The translations under genes were made by a program, and so were the position numbers. The notes under the pieces were generated by a model, which had not been told where the DNA came from, did not search any database, and was given only the letters and a program-made list of their open reading frames with translations. A stretch of DNA of 63,686 nucleotides, filler included, from Bonamia ostreae (taxonomy: Eukaryota): assembly GCA_040357525.1 (NCBI GenBank). It is 54 parts of 54 records of this genome, joined end to end, with 100 filler letters (N's around TTAATTAATTAA, not from the genome) between each part and the next. Parts side by side here need not be neighbours in the genome. Positions count along the whole stretch, not along the records: positions 61,439 to 62,512 come from JBDODL010002803.1; positions 62,613 to 63,686 come from JBDODL010002804.1; 52 more parts are not named here. One strand, given 5' to 3'. Positions 61,727-63,686 of the stretch are shown here, piece by piece; the first letter of the stretch is position 1, and every line of letters begins with the position of its first letter.

Positions 61727-61767
61727 TTTGTCTAAATAAAATAATTATTGAAACACTTTAAAATTTT

Positions 61768-62184
61768 ATGAAAATGAAGAACAAGATGAAAGCAGCTTCT
61801 TCGACCCTTAAATGGATCTTATTGTTCAGTCTAAATATTGCTGGATCTACAAATTTAGACGATTATCTCGCGACGTGCGCAATCTACATGGCAATAAGTT
61901 TTAAAAATATTTAGCCAATAATTGCTTAATTTTAAAAATTTTTAGCCGAAACTCTTTTATATTTATGGAAACTTTACGCAAAATTTAGCTCTGTTCGACA
62001 TTTCGTAATAATTGTCTTTATTTTGTTATATTTTAATCCTTTCTGCGTTTTTCTTTATGCTTCGATGCTCACCAGATCGATCAGAATAGGCGAAAATTAC
62101 TTTGTCGTTGCAATGAGTATCAACATCGCTTTGAAGATACTTGAAATTGTCACAAATATCGTACAATTATATATGCTCAAATAA
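61768..62184 (+). CDS. Small multi-pass membrane protein, complete, 122 aa
   Basis: Exons 61768-61897 and 61946-62184 (48-nt intron) join in frame. About four hydrophobic segments. Confidence 0.6.
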
Positions 62185-62612
62185 ATTTTTCCTCATTTTT
62201 TTATAGTTTTGGTCTTTTTAAATCTCTAATAAACATTGTTTTTCAATTTTATCAATTTGCAAAAAACGGCAATCATTTCACAATTTTATATTTTAAAAGC
62301 AAAAAATGACGATTGTTTTGCAATTTTATCAATTTGCAAAAAAACGGAAATCATTTCACAATTTTAACTTTTCCCTTATCGCGCCAAAAAAGTTACGGAA
62401 CGAAACAATCCATTTTTCGCAGTTTATGTGGAGAATCTTTTTGGTAAATCAAATTTTTAAAATTAATTTTGCTGTTTGTAGTTCCAATAAGAAATCTCAA
62501 TGAAATTTTTAANNNNNNNNNNNNNNNNNNNNNNNNNNNNNNNNNNNNNNNNNNNNTTAATTAATTAANNNNNNNNNNNNNNNNNNNNNNNNNNNNNNNN
62601 NNNNNNNNNNNN

Positions 62613-63011
62613 GGCTGCGGCTCAACTTTCTTCATTTTTTGAAGTTTTGTTGTCTCGTATGATTTTACAGAGATAACAAATCTGACTTTAGACTCTCTCT
62701 CCTAAAAAGAGATCATTCGCCTTTACGTTGTCGTTGCAGGTTATGTTGTCATTTAAAATCTTGTTTATAAATTTCTAAAAGTAAAAATCGATAAGATCTT
62801 AAAATTACAAACATCTACATTTGACTCTGATTTGAAAATTTTTGTACTTAGAATTCTGACAATTATTCAAAGTCTTAGACGGAATAGGCATACTAAAGTC
62901 GTTAAATATCTAAAAATAAGTACTCAAACGACCAAAGCACTTCAGAATAACGGAAAAGAAGTAGATCCCAAGATGTTTGTGACGCATTTAAGAAAATTTA
63001 ATATGAACTAA
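62613..63011 (+). CDS. 3' end of a hypothetical protein
   Basis: Two phase-0 GT-AG introns join AAAQLSSFFE|TLSPKKRSFAFTLSLQ|ILKLQ...RKFNMN-stop. Confidence 0.45.
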
Positions 63012-63686
63012 AAAATAGTTAAAGAAAATTCCAAAATACTCAAATGCAATAATAAAAATCCAATCACAAAGCAGAAAGAATCAACAATAAGGCAGATTTC
63101 GCAAACAACAATGATGATAACAATCTCAAAGCGTCAGGACTGGCTCGAACTTTGCAGACATGCTTTTATCAGTATTCGATCACATAATTTTGAAGGAAGA
63201 ATGGTTGCAAATAAGGAACAATCAATACTGTAAAAAAGAAACTTCAAAGGAGACGACGAGACGCATTCACTATATCATCTGTTGAACAGAAGAAACTCGC
63301 AAGAAGTTAAATGGCCTAAAAGTCGATTTTGGGTAACATACACAAAATGTTTAAGAAAAGCATTCAAAGAAATGGAGATCGGAATGTGGAATTCAGAAAA
63401 CCCAAAATATCAACATGCCGTAATAACAAAAGCATCGATAGCTAAATTTGGCGCATCGCCTTTCAAAAGTTTAAATTCGAAGGATAATTTCTTTTTCATA
63501 AGCGCTCTCTTTGGCACTTTTATAATAAGTCAAAACTGATAGAGAACCTAAATCAGAAAAAATGGAACCACCAACCACATCCTATTCACTCGAAGGAGAT
63601 AAATCCGGAGAAAGCCTTAGTTTATGGGGACAAAAATGGCGCTTTAACAATATGGCAGTCACTCTTCAAAAGTCAAAGACTTTCAG

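Overview
This window is not a contiguous locus. It is a pseudo-scaffold of 54 unrelated contigs of 1089 to 1074 bp, sorted by decreasing length and joined by 53 identical 100-bp linkers (N44-TTAATTAATTAA-N44), so adjacency across linkers is meaningless. At least three sources are mixed. (1) About 22 gene-dense, AT-rich contigs come from a compact eukaryote whose genes are split by very small GT-AG introns (19-24 nt, mode 20). They carry fragments of RdRP, PRP46, CNOT9, RBMX2, PRP28, RRP5, TFIIB, COQ1, RP9, mitochondrial EF-G, RCC1, NOL6, PDHB, a PI3K-like probable pseudokinase, a UBR-type E3 ligase and PP1 inhibitor-3, plus Merlin transposase relics and a tRNA-headed SINE-like repeat. (2) About 28 gene-poor contigs look like bivalve (oyster-type) DNA, with Penelope-like element ends, Helentron ends, a Gypsy gag-protease relic and a VWDE-like exon. 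(3) Two contigs are prokaryotic: a phage lysis cassette and an AT-rich bacterial fragment. My inference is a haplosporidian (Bonamia-like) oyster parasite assembly with host and bacterial carry-over. The most interesting signals are the micro-intron system with GTTT-type donors, intron expansion by tandem repeats, the cellular RdRP, the SINE family and the PI3K pseudokinase. All protein calls come from motifs I recognised by eye; no database search was run.
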